This document shows, piece after piece, positions 40,615-59,609 of a stretch of DNA of 64,000 nucleotides; positions within the stretch are counted from its first letter, which is position 1, and each line of letters begins with the position of its first letter. Under the pieces are notes generated by a model, which saw only the letters and a program-made list of their open reading frames with translations, did no database searches and was not told where the DNA came from. The stretch comes from the human T2T-CHM13v2.0 reference genome, Homo sapiens, in assembly GCF_009914755.1 (NCBI RefSeq), contig NC_060931.1; one strand, given 5' to 3'. A program made the position numbers and the translations under genes.

Positions 40615-43600
40615 TAAAGTGTGGGTGGAATGAACAGGTGGCAACTGCTTCTGAACACAAGAGAAGTAGCTCAAGGGCCCAGAGCCATGGTTCTGCAGGA
40701 GCTTCTCAAGTCAAAAGGGAAACAGGGACCCAACCTCTGACTCAGGCATTCAGTGTGGTTCCCCCCAGTTGCACACCAGGCCCTGCCCGGTGTGTTGACA
40801 CATTATCTCCTTTGAGCTTCCTAGCAGCACTGTAAACAAGGGTTCGGATCCCCACTTTCTTGGAGCAAAAGCAGGTATGGAGAGTGACTTGCCCAATGTC
40901 ACCAAGCCAGCATGCAGCAGAGCCTGAGCCGAACCTGCACACACAGTTGTCTGCTGGTCAGCACTGTTTGCAAGCTGTTGGGCTGCTCAAGAACTAAGCT
41001 AACTTGTCTTTTGGGAAATCTAAAAGAAGAACCCCTTATCCCACCACTAGCTGACTGACTATCTAACAGTCAGTAAAACGACGCTTCCCTGCCATGGTTC
41101 AGCATGGGCGCTGTGTTCCAAAATCATTCCTCGACTGGTCAACTTCCTACAAATTAAAATGTTAGATTTCAGTCTAACATTTGGAAGAATACCAAGGTAA
41201 ACTTAATTTCTGTGGTCCCGGAGTGAAAATGCACACAATCTAATTGAATGCTCACTCAAATGTGGCTCCAAATGTTGTCATGTTCTCTCCAGAGACTGAA
41301 TTCGATGCACTGTCCCCTCCCCCAATATGCTCCTGGGTGCCTGCAGTAGACAGCTGTGACCCCTGTGTACCCAGCCTCACCTCCTGCCAGACTAAGTTCC
41401 CAGAGGAAAGGGACTCTGTCTCATTTGCCTTTTTAGTCCCAGCCCCAAGCCCAGCACCTGGCTTGGCATGGCGCGGCCAGCCCACATTTTGTGGAAGATT
41501 GTTGATGGACGTACTTAAATAAATCAGGAGTAAAACCCATTTGACCCTCATTCATGGGTCATCTGAAAGGATTCTTTATGTAGAAGTCAATTCATATTTG
41601 ATGCTTCCCGGACATCAAATGATCTATTTCCTGGTACTTTTTCCTCCACAATTGATCATTTTTAAACCTGTATTTTGTCCCATTTTTGATAAGCCATCAA
41701 CATCTTCCAGAAGATGCAGTTTCCTCATCCAAATAGCATGCAGGGCTGCATGGCTCAGTGGCTTGTGACCTAGGTCCGTGGTCCTGTCTTTCAATAGGTT
41801 CAGCAAACTTTTCTGAACCTCTGTCTCCTCCCCTATGAAACAGGCATAATGATGCCCACTTTACCCAGGACCGTGCAAACTGGAGGCAAATGGTGCTGTC
41901 TTACATCTTCAGTGTGCCGTTCACCATCAGAAAGAACACAGAGCTCTCTTGCCATACCTCGCGTCCTGAACAGCCTCCTCCTGGGACTAACACTCTGTCC
42001 TCGTGCCCTCATCTACTGACGGGGGATAGAACTACCAGGGTCTGCTCATCCTTTTCACCCCACACTTTCTCACTGGCCCAGTAGGCAGCCCACCATCCAG
42101 GGATCTTCTCCCCAGACTGATGGATCTTCTCCCCAGACCGCCTTAGGTTTGGGTTTCCAGCCTCTTTGAACAAAATGAGAATGTCTATGATATTCCTTCC
42201 AATTCCCTGCTGAGCCCAGCAAAGCAAATGCTCTGGGGACATTTGCCTGGAATTCACATTCAAGGTGGGAATCATAGAGGAGCCTGAGAGGTGCATGTGA
42301 GCACAGAGAGGGAAAGAGGTCACTGCATTGTAGCTAAAATAGCAGCAAAGAGAAGATGCCGGGAAATACGGCCAGGGACATCCCTGGGTTGTGGCAGATG
42401 GAGAGGGTTCAGTAAGAGGCAGTGACACTTGTGCCTGCACCCAAGGGATAGAAAGAGCAAAGCTGGGCTGAGAGGTGCCCTGGGGGCTCTGCACACCAGG
42501 GCCCTGAGGCTGCTCCCATACTCACACCCGGCCAACTTGTGTGTGCTTTCCCGGTGGCTGCCCGGGGCTGTCCCCACATGGCCACTCCTGCTTCCTGGGG
42601 CTGGTATGCTGAGGCCTAATGCCTGTGCTTCGCATTTAGAAGCCCCTCTGCTCCAGAACAGCTTTCACCTTCTGCATTCCATCTTTCATAAGGTTCATGC
42701 GTTTGTCCCCTCATCAGCCATGAAACATTGGCTGTGAACACATGATGTGCCATCTCCAGCCCTCTCTAGGAACACAGCAGCACAGAAGGCCAATCACCCC
42801 AGAGAGCCTCCCAAGCCTGGTGGATGGATGCCAGTGGGACTGGGCTGCTGTGGTGCTTCCCATCTGCCTGGGTTCCTTTAGAAGCAACAGGCAGCCAAAC
42901 AAGGACTGTCCCCACATGGCTCCTGACTCATGCACTGCCAGCCATAGTGCCAGGGATCTCAGCATCATTGCCTGCCACAAGCGGCAAGAGGAGAGCTGGC
43001 AGGCAGAGGACTAGCTAAGGACTTGGGGCATGTCCTCTTGGGCCACAAAGGGCAGGCTGGAGGATCGAGGTGTCTCAGGTGTGTTTCAGAACAGGCATCA
43101 GGGCCTGCGTGGTCTGCGCCTCTGTCTCCCTCAGTGGCCTGGGAGTCTTGGAGGTGGCTTTGGGCCTCACTCACCTCTGAGTAGCTGCAGGAGCAGCTCA
43201 TAGCTCCTGGTTGGAAAGGGAGTGCCAGTCAAGGGGCTGCCTTGAGATGGGGTGAAAGAGACCCAGGTCTCACAGCAGGACCAACAGGGTGGGGAGTACA
43301 GGGGCTGATCAAAGGATGCTTTGAAAGTAGGGCTGGAGCACAGGTTGCTGATGCTTGACCTTTCCTTAACCGAGGCCAATGCCTTTCATTAAGCTAGTAG
43401 AGATAACTAGTAGAGATAACTAGTTGAAGTAACAGAAGGACAAACGCTTTTCAAAGAATGCTTGGCCTATCAAGGCAGGGTGAATGGTGGGCTCAAGTCT
43501 TCTGGATTAGCAGTGCGGAAAGGGCCTGAGGTGCTGAGGAGAGTGAGGCTCAGCACTAAAGACAGAAGGGGACAGAAAGACCCCATGAGGGTCAGGGACT

Positions 43601-44807
43601 GGTGGTGGAGGGAGTAGGATGAAGAACCTAGGGTTGGGAAGAAGGAGTGAGCCCTGAGGACTGGAAGGCCCTGGATGGAGCAGAAGAACAGGCTGGGGAA
43701 GCCTCAGGCAAGCCCTGCCACCTTCGTGGTCCTGCAGGCGGGTGCCAGTACAGATCTGTGATTCTTGGTGAACGGTAGAAACTGTCTGAGGAGATCATGT
43801 TCCCTGAGCTGCTAGATGCGGGCAGAGCTGGGCTGGTTTTTGTCTTGGGCAATGTAACATAAGCCAGCATTGCTAGGGATTGTGCCCCAGGCCTTTGAAA
43901 GACAGTGCCAAGTTTATCTAAAAGGACTTTGGTTCCCAGAGGACTTGTTAGTCAATACGGAGTTTTTAGCAAAGCCTATGTTATTTTATGTGAACCAGAG
44001 ATGGTGTTGTGCCTTTTTTTCTAATGATATCTAAGCTGGGAAAGAGCAAAATTAAAAAATAATAAAATAAAAGGCATGAAGTGTTCGTGCCTGTTACCCC
44101 ATTTTCAGTCTCATGCTGCAGGAAGCAGCTCATCCTCAGCAGAAAGCTGGATGTGCCAGATGCCCACTGCATAGTCATTTAGGAAAGCAAGGGACTTTCC
44201 CAGGGAAGTAGTTAAATAACAGGGAAATAATTATACCATATAACATGGGATTCTGTGTAGATTTTCTGTACTTACTAAGGCTGTGGAGGAGTGGAGAAGG
44301 TATTGCAATTTTAGTTTCAGTGCCATGAGAACCAGCTGCAATGTCGTTTGTACAGCACATGGCCCTCATGCAACATGAAGTCTGAGAAAGGCCACGAACC
44401 AGAGGAGGAGACAGAAACACAGGCCACAGAGGCGCGAGGATGAAAGGTCAGGGTGAGCTGGTCCTCAGGTTATTTTTAATATTATTGTCATATTTTCCCT
44501 TCAATAATAACTTTCCAAAAGATAAGTCAGATTGACAATGGGATTATATGAAAGTTTTAAATGGCATCATCCATGGATCTTCCCAGTGTGCCCTTATGTG
44601 CACACACCCTGGCCTTTCTCCCTGGGTGTAGAGCTGGGTGGTCCCAGGCAAACTTTGCCAAAACTGTCCTAGGACCAGCCTTGATGGCTTGGGAAGGTTT
44701 ACTGCTGCCCCCCTGCCTCCTGGCTCACAGCTGTCACAGGAAGAAGGCAAGCTACCCATGCCTTTGAGGGGAAGCCCCTGCTGGGTCATTATCACACCGG
44801 CTGCTGA

Positions 44808-45215
<408 letters not shown>

Positions 45216-45835
45216 TGATGGCAGAAGACAGCCAGCTCAGTGGCCACACCTCTGTTCCCCCTGAGTTTCACCCTCCCCCTTGGGTTCTATTCTTTTGATA
45301 AGCTTCGCAGTACTGCCTTTGGTCCCAAATTCCTTTCCAGACTAACACTAGAACAACCTGGCATTTTCAAAGTATGCCTCATTCAACACTTGTTTCAAAT
45401 AAAAACGAGAGAGGACCAATGCATTTGAGACTAGGCTGCTGAGATGACTGGCCCCACCTGGGAGCTTTTGCTGTTCCCTGACTCCTCCCTCACTCTCCCA
45501 CTGCCACCACCAGTGCAGCCCCAGGCACACAGCAGCCCAGGGCAGAAGGGCCTTTTCCTTCCAGAGGAATGAGGGGCAGAAGCTCCTTTCTCCTCCCCAG
45601 GAGCAAAGTCCAGGGTCCAGGTTTCCCCCTCCTAACCTGAGACCTCTGACTGGGGGGTTCAGCAGAGCTGCCCGCCACCTGGCAGGACCCCCCTAATTTG
45701 TCAGTTAGGACCCAGTTAGAAGGTGCCCACCAGTGCGTGCTGATCATGAGAGTGGGGGAGGAGATGTGTGACAGCTGTGGCGTACCCCCCAGCACTCCAC
45801 TAGCATTTGAGATTACAGTGGAATCTCTCACTTAC

Positions 45836-45855
45836 CCGGTAGTCAGTGATAAGCC
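45836..45855 (-). CDS. DDC: DOPA decarboxylase exon 11, 20-nt microexon (G341-R347)
   Basis: tccag|GG CTT ATC ACT GAC TAC CGG|gtaagt encodes (G)LITDYR; phases 1/0 join exons 10 and 12 in frame. Confidence 0.96.
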
Positions 45856-47091
45856 CTGGAGAAAAGAGAAAGAAAAAGAAAAAAGAAATCGTTAGACAGG
45901 TTTGTTGATCACACGCTAATCCTTTTCATTTTCCAGGTAAATTTCTTGTGTCTTCTAAGCCAGAAATAAAACTGCCCAAAGGCTGGGTCTGGGTGTTCTT
46001 TGCGGCACTTCCCAGGGTAACATATTCTAAGGGTGTGTCCCGAGAACAGGATGCCCAAAACACAAATTGGAAATGTTACACTCTCAATAGACCCCCATTA
46101 GTTTTGCTTTCTGCAGTTACATAGCATGAACATCTGAGGTTTCATCTAGTGCCCAGTAGAGAGTTAGCATTCAGATCACGTAAATCGTTCATCATTCATT
46201 CATTCATGCATGGGAAGGTGAATTTGTGATATACGGAGTGATTAGAATATTTTAAAAAGGAGAATGAAACTCTTGGTGGGATTATTCATCTCTGTATCCG
46301 TGGATCTTAGCAGATCTTAGTTCAGTATCTGGGACAGAGCAGACACTCAGTGAATATCTGCTGAGTCAGTTTTAACATCCAGGAATCATTGGCTCCACAT
46401 TGGTTATGAAAAATGGATGATTTGCTTTTGAGCCTCCCCTCATGCCTAAAGCAGCAAACCCCAGGACAATAAAGGAGAAAGAACCCTGAATGCAGGCTCA
46501 GAGACGGGAGTTTCTATTAATACAAGTGATCCTGCGCAAGACATCAGGTGAGGATTATGACAACATGCTGCAGTCCTGCTGCACAGATCGGTGGAAAAGG
46601 GAGTCTTGTGCTCTGGGAGTAGATCCACGAATGTGGGCTGGACCAGGCACATCAGTGTCCCCTACTTCCGCAGTCAACAGGGGCTGTGGCAGGGCCATAG
46701 CAGGCCCTGACCATGCTCAGCTGGGACAAGCTGTCCACCTAATACAACCCACGCCCCACCCTGCACTTCATCCACTGCACAGGAGTGCCTACATTGTATT
46801 TACAAGAACATCTGAAGTCACCACTTGGTATCATTCCCTAATAGTTATTTTCTCCACTAGCATAAAAAATGGCAGTGCTGGGAGGAGATGCAAGACCTCC
46901 ACCCCCTGTTTTATGAGTGACCCTGAGATGGAAGCCCAAAGTCATACAGCCTATCTCAACCCATACACAGTACTCTCCTTTACGACACATGGCCTCTCAT
47001 TAGTAAGGGAGCTTGTTAAACAAACATAACATCAATAGCAGCATCTGGCAATGATTCACAGAAACCACTGCAAATGAAACAACAACACTCA

Positions 47092-47459
<368 letters not shown>

Positions 47460-47504
47460 TCATGAATGAAAATGAGGGAATGGCCCACCTTTTTAGTTTC
47501 TATT

Positions 47505-47705
47505 ACCGCACCATCTGATACGGTAGCTAGTAGCCACATGTGGCTGTTGACGTTTAAATTTAAGTTAATTAAAACTAAAGGAAATTAAACTTTAGTTCTT
47601 CAACAGATGAGCCACGTTTCAAGCACTCAGTAGCCACATGCGGACTGGTGGCTGCCATATTGGGTGGTGCAGAATTATAAATTTCCCTCATTGCAGAAAC
47701 TTCTA
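47505..47705. mobile_element. MER3-like hAT DNA transposon fossil
   Basis: ATACGGTAGCTAGTAGCCACATGTGGCT...TTTCAAGCACTCAGTAGCCACATGCGGACTGGTGGCTGCCATATTGG. Confidence 0.7.
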
Positions 47706-48996
47706 CAGGAAAGAAAAACTGGAGGCTTTCAGTAGAAGAATTCAGATACGGTGTCTAATTAGTGCAAGTTCCTATCTGCTTCTCCGTGAATCTGCTTCCT
47801 TATGGACGAGTAAAGAACTGGCCCAGTTAGAAGCTTCCTTGCACAATTCTTTACTGTTAACATAAAGAAATGACAAACCTCTTAGCCAGTAGTTTCCTCT
47901 GACAATGGTTTTACTTGAACTGTGGACTACTTAATAGGTCTTATGTGCCTCATAAGATGTAAAACTTCATGAGGTACATGTGGGAAGGGCAGCTTGTATA
48001 TTGGTAATTGGTAAGTGGTGCAGAGTTAAAACAAAGCGAACAATGCATTGAACAAGACTGGTAAGAAATACAGCAATATATTAGCAATATTTGCATTTGA
48101 GTGGTGGGATTACAGGAATTTTCTGGCCCAGCGTTGACTCTATTTTCCAAATGTACATCTTTAATAATAAGGAATACATCTTCAAAGCCTACATGACTAG
48201 TGTAACCACTTTACCTCCTCACCAGCGTTGTGACAGAATTTTCAGTTATCAAAAAAATTCTATTTATTTTGGTTCTAGTTCAACGCCTACCATTAATTAG
48301 CCAGATACACTGGCCCAAGTCAAATGAGACGACATAGGTGAAGTGCAAAAGCCAAGAATTGTGCATTCCGTGCTGTGGCCCCAGAGCAGCCTGTGTCCCC
48401 TGATGCCACTCGATAACTGCCCACTCATCCCCTCCCTGCTAGACGTTGCAGGTGGGTGCTGAGCCTCCTTGGCTGTCACCAGCGCCAGGCACAGAGAGCA
48501 GGCCTACTGACCAAATGACTTAGGTGCACCTTTGTGTGCTGATCTGAGCCTTGGCTTCATCTTATTTTCTCTTCCCTCACCAACCCTACTCAACCTTCTT
48601 CATTTACTTTGCCCCCTCATGGTATTGGTGGAAGGTGATGCAAAGCCTTTTTGTAGACATTATGGCTGTCATTATGTTAAAGACGTTTCCTTGTCTGCAG
48701 GTGGTATGCATGCCCATATTAAAATCCCATGGCTGTGCCCACCTGCCCCTGCTCCTGCAATGAGCCCAGCAGGTTCTCAGTGCTTCTAGAGCAGGAGCCT
48801 CCCCCAGGGAGCCTCCCCAAGCCTCTTAACCAACCCACAGGGAGTGGGCTACAAGGGCAAATCCAGGAATGCACAGCACCCCGTCTTCTCTGTGAAAGCC
48901 TCCTTGGATATGGATGGTCTTCCCCTAACTCCCAGGGACCTCCAGGGCAGCTCTGAGGGGAACAAGACCAGAAACAGTCCACAGAAAGCAGGCTCA

Positions 48997-49164
<168 letters not shown>

Positions 49165-49247
49165 TCAGGCACCTGCTCCCAGCCCTGCCCTGAACACCAC
49201 TCTGCCTGCACGGCCCTGTCTCTGCTCCAAGTACCTGGGGAGGGCGT

Positions 49248-49910
49248 CTTAGAATAAAAAATAAATATTTGGTCTTTGTTACCAGTTCCTGGCACACAGC
49301 TCCTAAAACCCTTGAGATCTCCTAGTGATAAGCGTTCATTTTGCATGTTAATAAGATAGCTGGCAGCTGGGGTCTCCTCGATGGCTTCCAATCTCCAGGG
49401 AGGGTAGGGGGCTGGAGATGAGTTGGCCAGTGATTTAAGCAGTCATCCCTACTGAATGAAACTCCGTTAAAAACTCCTAAGTGGCAGGATTGGAGAGCTC
49501 TGGGTTGGTAAATGCTTCATGATGCTGGGATGGTGGCATACACAGAGAGGGCATGGAAGCCACGTGACCTACCACCCCACTTGTACTTTGCCATTGCATT
49601 TCTTTGTTTGTACTCTTTATAACCTGTAAACCTAAGTAAAATGCTTTTTTGAATTCTGTGAGTTGTTCTAGTAAGTTACTGAACCTGGGGCAAGGGTTAT
49701 GGGAACCCCCCTGAGTTTGTAGCCACGGTGGACAGAACTGTGGGTAACCTGGAGACCCAACACTGTAACTGGCATTTGAAGTGGGGGCCGGCTGATGGGA
49801 CTGAGCCCTTAACCCTGTGGAGTCTGACGCTACCTCTAGGTAGTTACAGTCAGAATAGGAGTGAGTTTAGGACACCCAGCTGGTGTCTGCAGAGTTGGAG
49901 AATTGGTGTC
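49248..49910 (+). mobile_element. MER21-family LTR
   Basis: ATATTTGGTCTTTG...GTTCCTGGCACACAGCTCCTAAAACCCTTG...GGACACCCAGCTGGTGTCTGCAGAG. Confidence 0.75.
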
Positions 49911-50749
49911 AAGAGGGAAAACCACAGAGGTTAGCATTTGCTCCTCTCTCTCTTTCCAGGGACAGCACAGTGACTGGCCCTGCTGGCATCAGTAAGTGTG
50001 TGTGGGGTGAAAATCCCAAGGGCTAATGAGTGAGAAGGCCAGGATGCCCTGGGCTGCAGACAGGGGTCCTCTTTCACCTGTCTGCACACAGAGCACTCAC
50101 ACTGGTAGTCATTCTGCAGAACTCGGACGCAAACTCTCACTGGGCTGGCCTTTGAAGGGCCTGTGCTTTACGGTAATTGCCATTGCTCTGCTTCATTGGC
50201 AGTGTGGTGACACCATCACAAAGCAATTTTGTAGCAAATAAAGTATCCTAAGGGCAAACTAGAGAAGAAATGTTAATCTGACAGTAGCTTAGGCTTGAAA
50301 ACAAATAAAACGTGAGAGTCCCTGAAAGACAGAACCCAGTGAGCACAAAATAGGATGCTGAGATGTGGCTTACCAAGGAGGTGAGAGAGAGGCTGGATTT
50401 ATCTATAAATGGTCATTGAGCCTTTATTTTTGTTTTAAGGTTAAAGACAGACAAAGTCAGTAGGAATAATAAGCTGTCTAGTGTATATTCTTTCTTTGAC
50501 TTGTGGAAGAAAATTGCACCTAATTTTTTGTGTGTATAGGAATTTTCTTGCATCATAGGCATTTTATGGGGAGCCACTGGTTGTGGGGGGAGGTCCTTTG
50601 GGTCTCTCTGCATTAGAGAAAGCTCTGTGCCTAGACTTAAAAAGAGGGGACCAAGAGGGATGTGAATATTTATGGCTATCAGTAGAACTCTGCCCTTTGT
50701 CCACAAAGATCACACTTTCCCTTCTCATTCTCAGCAGGGGCCTTCCAGC

Positions 50750-53780
<3,031 letters not shown>

Positions 53781-56700
53781 ATTTGCATTTCTTGTTAAGA
53801 TTTAATGGATATTATAAAGAGAAAGAATTTTATGGAAACAGATGTGTATGTGTACTTGAGGACATACATGGGCACACACACACACAGAGAAACATGCTTT
53901 TGTGGCACCAAAGTCACCTCACATGGTGACCTCACCTGCATGAGACTTTTGGTGAGGAAAGCCTCTCTCTGTAACCAGACACATTCCTAGGGGATCAGGA
54001 AAAGGACCCTTGTGTTGGGTTGAAAGCCTGGCTCCTTACGTTTTCTTTTTTAAAAAATCTACAACACTACATAGTGCTCACTGAATGAGCACTCACATGA
54101 CCTCCTGGTCCCAATAACATCCATAAAAAATTCAAGATAATAAAGGGTTCCCAGATCTAAGTGCAAAGAATCCAAATAGATAAATAGAAAACTATCCACT
54201 AAGACTTTTAAAACAAGTTCTAGAATCAAGTCTCAATGATTACTAGAATGATTAAAACTGTTTCAGAGAAATAGAATTTTTAAAAACCTCCCAATGCAAC
54301 AGAAGTGTACAAACACTATAAAATAATTTGTGGCAAAATTTAACATTTTGGGAAAAAAAAACAGGCCATCTTTTAAATGTGGATAATATATGCCTTTCGT
54401 GTGTATGGAATTTGAGTCTTTCTTTGGAGATCTGATATTAAAGAGGCAATAAGCTCTGGACAGAATGGCTCACATTTACAGATAAAAGATTCAGAATATC
54501 AAATGAACAATAAGAAGCTTATGAACAGAATAATTATTTCATTATAAAATGTATTTACTGTGCTTATAATGATTGCCAGTTTCAGAAACTTCAATTATTT
54601 TGTCTATTTCAGTATTTAAAGAGTACAACCAAAGTGTTTATGTTAAATTATGGACTAACCATTAGTAAAATTTCATTAAACAAAAGAGAAACACTTCTAA
54701 TTTTAAAGAATACAAAGAAACCAGTGAAAGCAATAAAAAATCCATTTATATGTTGTTTACTGAATTAGTGAAATTTTAAAAGACACTTTAAAAATTCACC
54801 ACTTAGGATTTTTTTGCTTAGTTTAAACTCTTAGGAATCTAGAGGAATATTTGTCCTTTTGTGAATTCTGGTTCTTACAAGTGTCCTTATTATCTGTGTT
54901 CTATTGTGTTAAGGTAGATCACGTTACTGTAATCTTCTCTTAGACTGTCAAAATATTTATTTTTATTTCATGATATCTGGACAGTGTGAAAAAGCCTCTG
55001 AGTAGAGATTCTCAGCCCTCACTCTCCCCACTCCCTGTCTCCACGTTACAAGGCACCATTCGCAAACAGGCAGGGGAAGCCAACCTCGACCAAGCATGAT
55101 CAGTGGATCCTGCCTCTTAGATGGGATAATAATATAGTCCCTAAAAAGCTTATGAACAGAATAATGAATTCATTATGAAGTATACTTGCTGTACTTGTAA
55201 TGATTGCCATTTTAATGTAACGGTGTCTAGAGGAAGGGATGCTGTGTTCCACCTACTTGTCTTTTGCTCTGAGGCTGTACATCCTGGGCTAAAATTCGAG
55301 ACTACTTCCAGTGTTTACAGTGAAAACCAAGTCAATAACAGCTTGAACAAAAGTGACCCTGATTTTGGCTCATTTACACCAAAAAACAGCTCTCATTCTC
55401 CAGCTTCTATATCCATAAGAAGTGATCCCAGTGGGTTCTATGTGCATCTTTTTGTTTGTATTTGTATTTGTAAAACGTATGTTGCTTTGCGTGCATGCAC
55501 TCTTGGTTTGCATACTATCAGATACAGCACAGGCCACTGTGTCAGCAAGGCAATGTGAAGACTATCCACTGTGGAATGAAGAAAATAAGTTTTTGGTGGT
55601 AAGAAAATGAGGAAAAAACAGGGATGTGGGTGTTTGGGTATAGTGAGATCAAATGAAAATATAAGTTTCATAGCTATCAAATAAACAAATCAGTAAGTAG
55701 ATGATCATTAAGATTATGGAGTTTAAAATAAGCTGACCTGGTTTAAATCCTTAGATATGAGGCTTATGGCTTTAACTAGTGATTTCTTGTGAGCGCTGTT
55801 ATGGACCAAATTATGTCCCCCTTCCTCCTCATTCACATGTTGAAGCTCCACCTCCCAGGACCTCAGAATATGACTGACTGTATTTGAAGATAAGGCCTTT
55901 AAGAGGTGATTTAGTAAAATGAGGTCATATGGTGGGGACTTTGAAAGGCAAATAAAAACCTGACACCCCAATTCACTCTGCCAAAAGGAAAAATTAAGCT
56001 TAAAGCTAAGTCATGCAAGGAGTTGCCTTTCCTTTTGTTCCTAAGTAGAGAGCTACAGCTAAAAGGTTAAATATCTCCACTGGTAACTACTCTAAGTTCA
56101 TCTTATCTGTTGTAAAGTGCTATTTTACTGAGTGGGAGATGAATACATAATTGACTATTCCCCTGCCTGCTCCTTTTCTCTTGCAACATGTGGATTACCA
56201 TACCCTCCCTCTTTCCCTCCAGACAACTTTAATAGTTTAAGTAGGAAAAAGAACATTTTTGAAAACAGGCAAATGAAAAATTTTAAATATATAAGATCTG
56301 CCTCTGCCTGGGTCTGTTATGTCTATATGTTCAGATATGTCATGTGGAAATAATATTTTGCTACCAATTATATGAAAGAGTTCTAATTAATTGGCCTAAA
56401 GAAAAGTAAGTTTTTATCAGACTAATAGAAACTAGCTCAGAGGCTTTTCAGTTCATATAGTTTTAGTAATCTTTGGTAAGATTAATTTGGTAAAGTTAGT
56501 CTCAAAACTGTCCCCAGTAATTTGAACACTTAAAGTCATATTATATTAAATTAAGTAATCCTTGATTTTTCAGGGAGAATTAGGGTTAGTAGTGTATCGT
56601 AGGATGTGTTTTTGGTAAAGTTTATAAAACACGCGAGGATGTGTTTTTTGCTTAAGAAAATGTATTTTTCTAGTTTAGAGGACCTTTCTACTGGTGTTGA

Positions 56701-58198
56701 GATAAAAACCACTGTTTCTATTTAATCTTTTTTTTTGTAAACTGATGAGTCTGTATTGATATATCATGGCTAGAGTTCTGAAGTAAAAGCTATAGGATCT
56801 TTATTTGCATGACTGTTTATGTGTGCTTAGGTGTGTTTATGTATACATACATGCATTTTGTTATGTGTTGTGGCCACAAGGTACCAAATTGGCTTAAAAA
56901 TAAAGGAGTACTCATAAATTTAGTAAATAATCCAAATGCTTTTCAAGTTCACATGACTTAACTTTTAATAAATAAGCTGGCTTTAAAATTATTGGCCAAA
57001 TAAAATTAGAAAGTCTTAAGTACTGTCAACACATATTATTGTTTAGATTTATTGGTCAAGTAGTTTTATATTTATGTTTGCTAAATATTATAAGGTGTCA
57101 ATATTTGGAATGAGGGTTATAAAGCCATAAATGCAGCCCAAAAGAGAATTATCTTTGTGTAACTTTTGGTAAGTAAGGCATTTAATATTGTTGGTTTAAT
57201 AGCAAACAGTTAATACTGAATTATTTGGCAAAAAGAAAAAACAAATACATTTATTTAACCTTAAGTTTTTTACATAGGTAAACACCTGAAATTCGCAGGC
57301 TATAAAATTGGTTAGCAGGGAAATAACTTTAAATGATGACCATCAGTTTTTATAAGTAATCTATTAAAAAATTAATTAGATAAATATAATAGAATAAATG
57401 CTTGTTAAAAAACGACATATAATTTAGAATCTAAAGTAACATTAAACAAAATAATAGATATTGCTTAAATGTCTGGGTCATTTCCAATTTAAAAAAAAAT
57501 ATAGGAAAATGTTTTTCTGAAAAACAATGTTTTCTTATTAAAAAGAAATAATTTTTGTCTAATTCAAAGATTACTTAAAGGTCGTTTCTAAAACAAGGTA
57601 AAAGGAAACAGTAAATAAAAGAGATGCAAAAAAAGTTATAAATATTAAGTGGTATTTTTGGTAAGAAAGATTAAAAGGAAAACAATTTTACATGACAAAA
57701 ATGTTGTGTGATATATTTTTTTGTCCTAAAATAAAATCACTGGTTATTTAAAAAAGAGGATGTTTGGGATAAAACAGAAACTCCAAGTATTCAGTAAATG
57801 GTTTGTGTAAGTCATAATAAGGTTTATAAAAAGAGAATTTATGAAAAAAATTTATGTGATCAAGTTGGCCATAATTAAAAGAAAATTATTTATAATAGTC
57901 TTTCTAGAAATTGGGCTTTGATATTAAAAATACACTAATAAACTAAAAAAATTGTTAGAACAACTAAATTTTCTTAAGGTACTGGTTTATTCTTAATAAA
58001 ATTACAAGACATTTTAATTTTCATAAACCAAAATTTCAACTTTAATTTCATCTCGCTGTTTTCAGCTTTCTCTCCCCTTCAAGAGGGCCCGAGATAGTAA
58101 CTCTTTCAACTTTTTATCAGCTCCTTTAACTTTTTCCCCTCTGGTTCTGACTGATGTTGTGGCCTAATTAAAAAATATATCTTAACTTAAAGATCTAA

Positions 58199-58576
<378 letters not shown>

Positions 58577-59609
58577 TAGAAAACTTATAACACAGGATGC
58601 ACTCTTCCTATGTCTAACTAATTAAAGTCCTACGAAAACTGAGATTTAAAAAATTAAGGTTATTATATCCATATAACTTTCTGTATTGCTTCTAAAGTCA
58701 TTGTACTATTACAGGACTTTGACTCCTGGGTCTAAAAAAGATACCAAGTCCAGCTAAATCTTAAACACTGACAGCAGTTAAAAGCCTCATCTTCAGACCC
58801 AGGAGAAGATGACAATCAAAATAAACTGTGTTCAAGAGACACAGGGCCAGAAATTAAAACTATTCAACCCCTCTAGGCCCAGGGACTATCAGAGTATCAC
58901 AGAAGAGGTGGACACATAGATTGGAAGAGCTAATATTGACAGATAAAATTAGCTTAGTTTCTCTATAAATTAAACACTAATATCAAAGGTACACTGATGC
59001 AAGACCAGCATCTGTGTCCCTATGCCAGTTTAACAAGGTTTTCTTGGGACATTAACCCATTCTTTAATTAAAAAATTATAAAAGGTTATAAAATGATTTA
59101 TGGAAATTATATATCTTGGTCAAGATGATTAAAATTTAATAGATTTGTTTATAAAATTTGAGAGAGATTTAATTGGCCTCATACTGTCTTTATTAGAGTT
59201 TATTGTTTAGAAAAGTAAGTCTCTTCTCTCAAAGAATAAAGGTTGTGAAATCTTTGAGTTATCGCTTTGGCTAAATGAATGACTGATTTTACAATGACCT
59301 CTGTGTGATCCTGTTCTGTCATTGGTTATTTTACCAAGGCTTTGATTGGAATGACATTTTCAGATTGCCTTGAGAAAATAAGGGTGACCTACAGAGCTAG
59401 TAAAAGCCTCTTAGAAAAACTGGCCCCATACCTTGTCCTTTACAGGGTCCTGACCTATGGTAAGTAAAAAATGTCACTTTCTAACAGGGCTAGGAACCTC
59501 AAGTTCTCTTGGGACCTTGAAAATAGAAAAATTCAACCAATTCATACAGGTATCTATAGGCACAGAAAAATCCTTGACTGGGACTGAGGCTTTTAAAAAG
59601 GTCTAAATC

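Noticed and set aside
42101-43425. Short duplications (GGATCTTCTCCCCAGAC x2 at 42101/42122; AGTAGAGATAACT x2 near 43396)
   Set aside because: Ordinary slippage duplications with no further structure.
46490-47029. 179-aa + strand ORF in DDC intron 10
   Set aside because: No domain, no promoter or splice context, and it runs into MIR-like sequence; compatible with chance.
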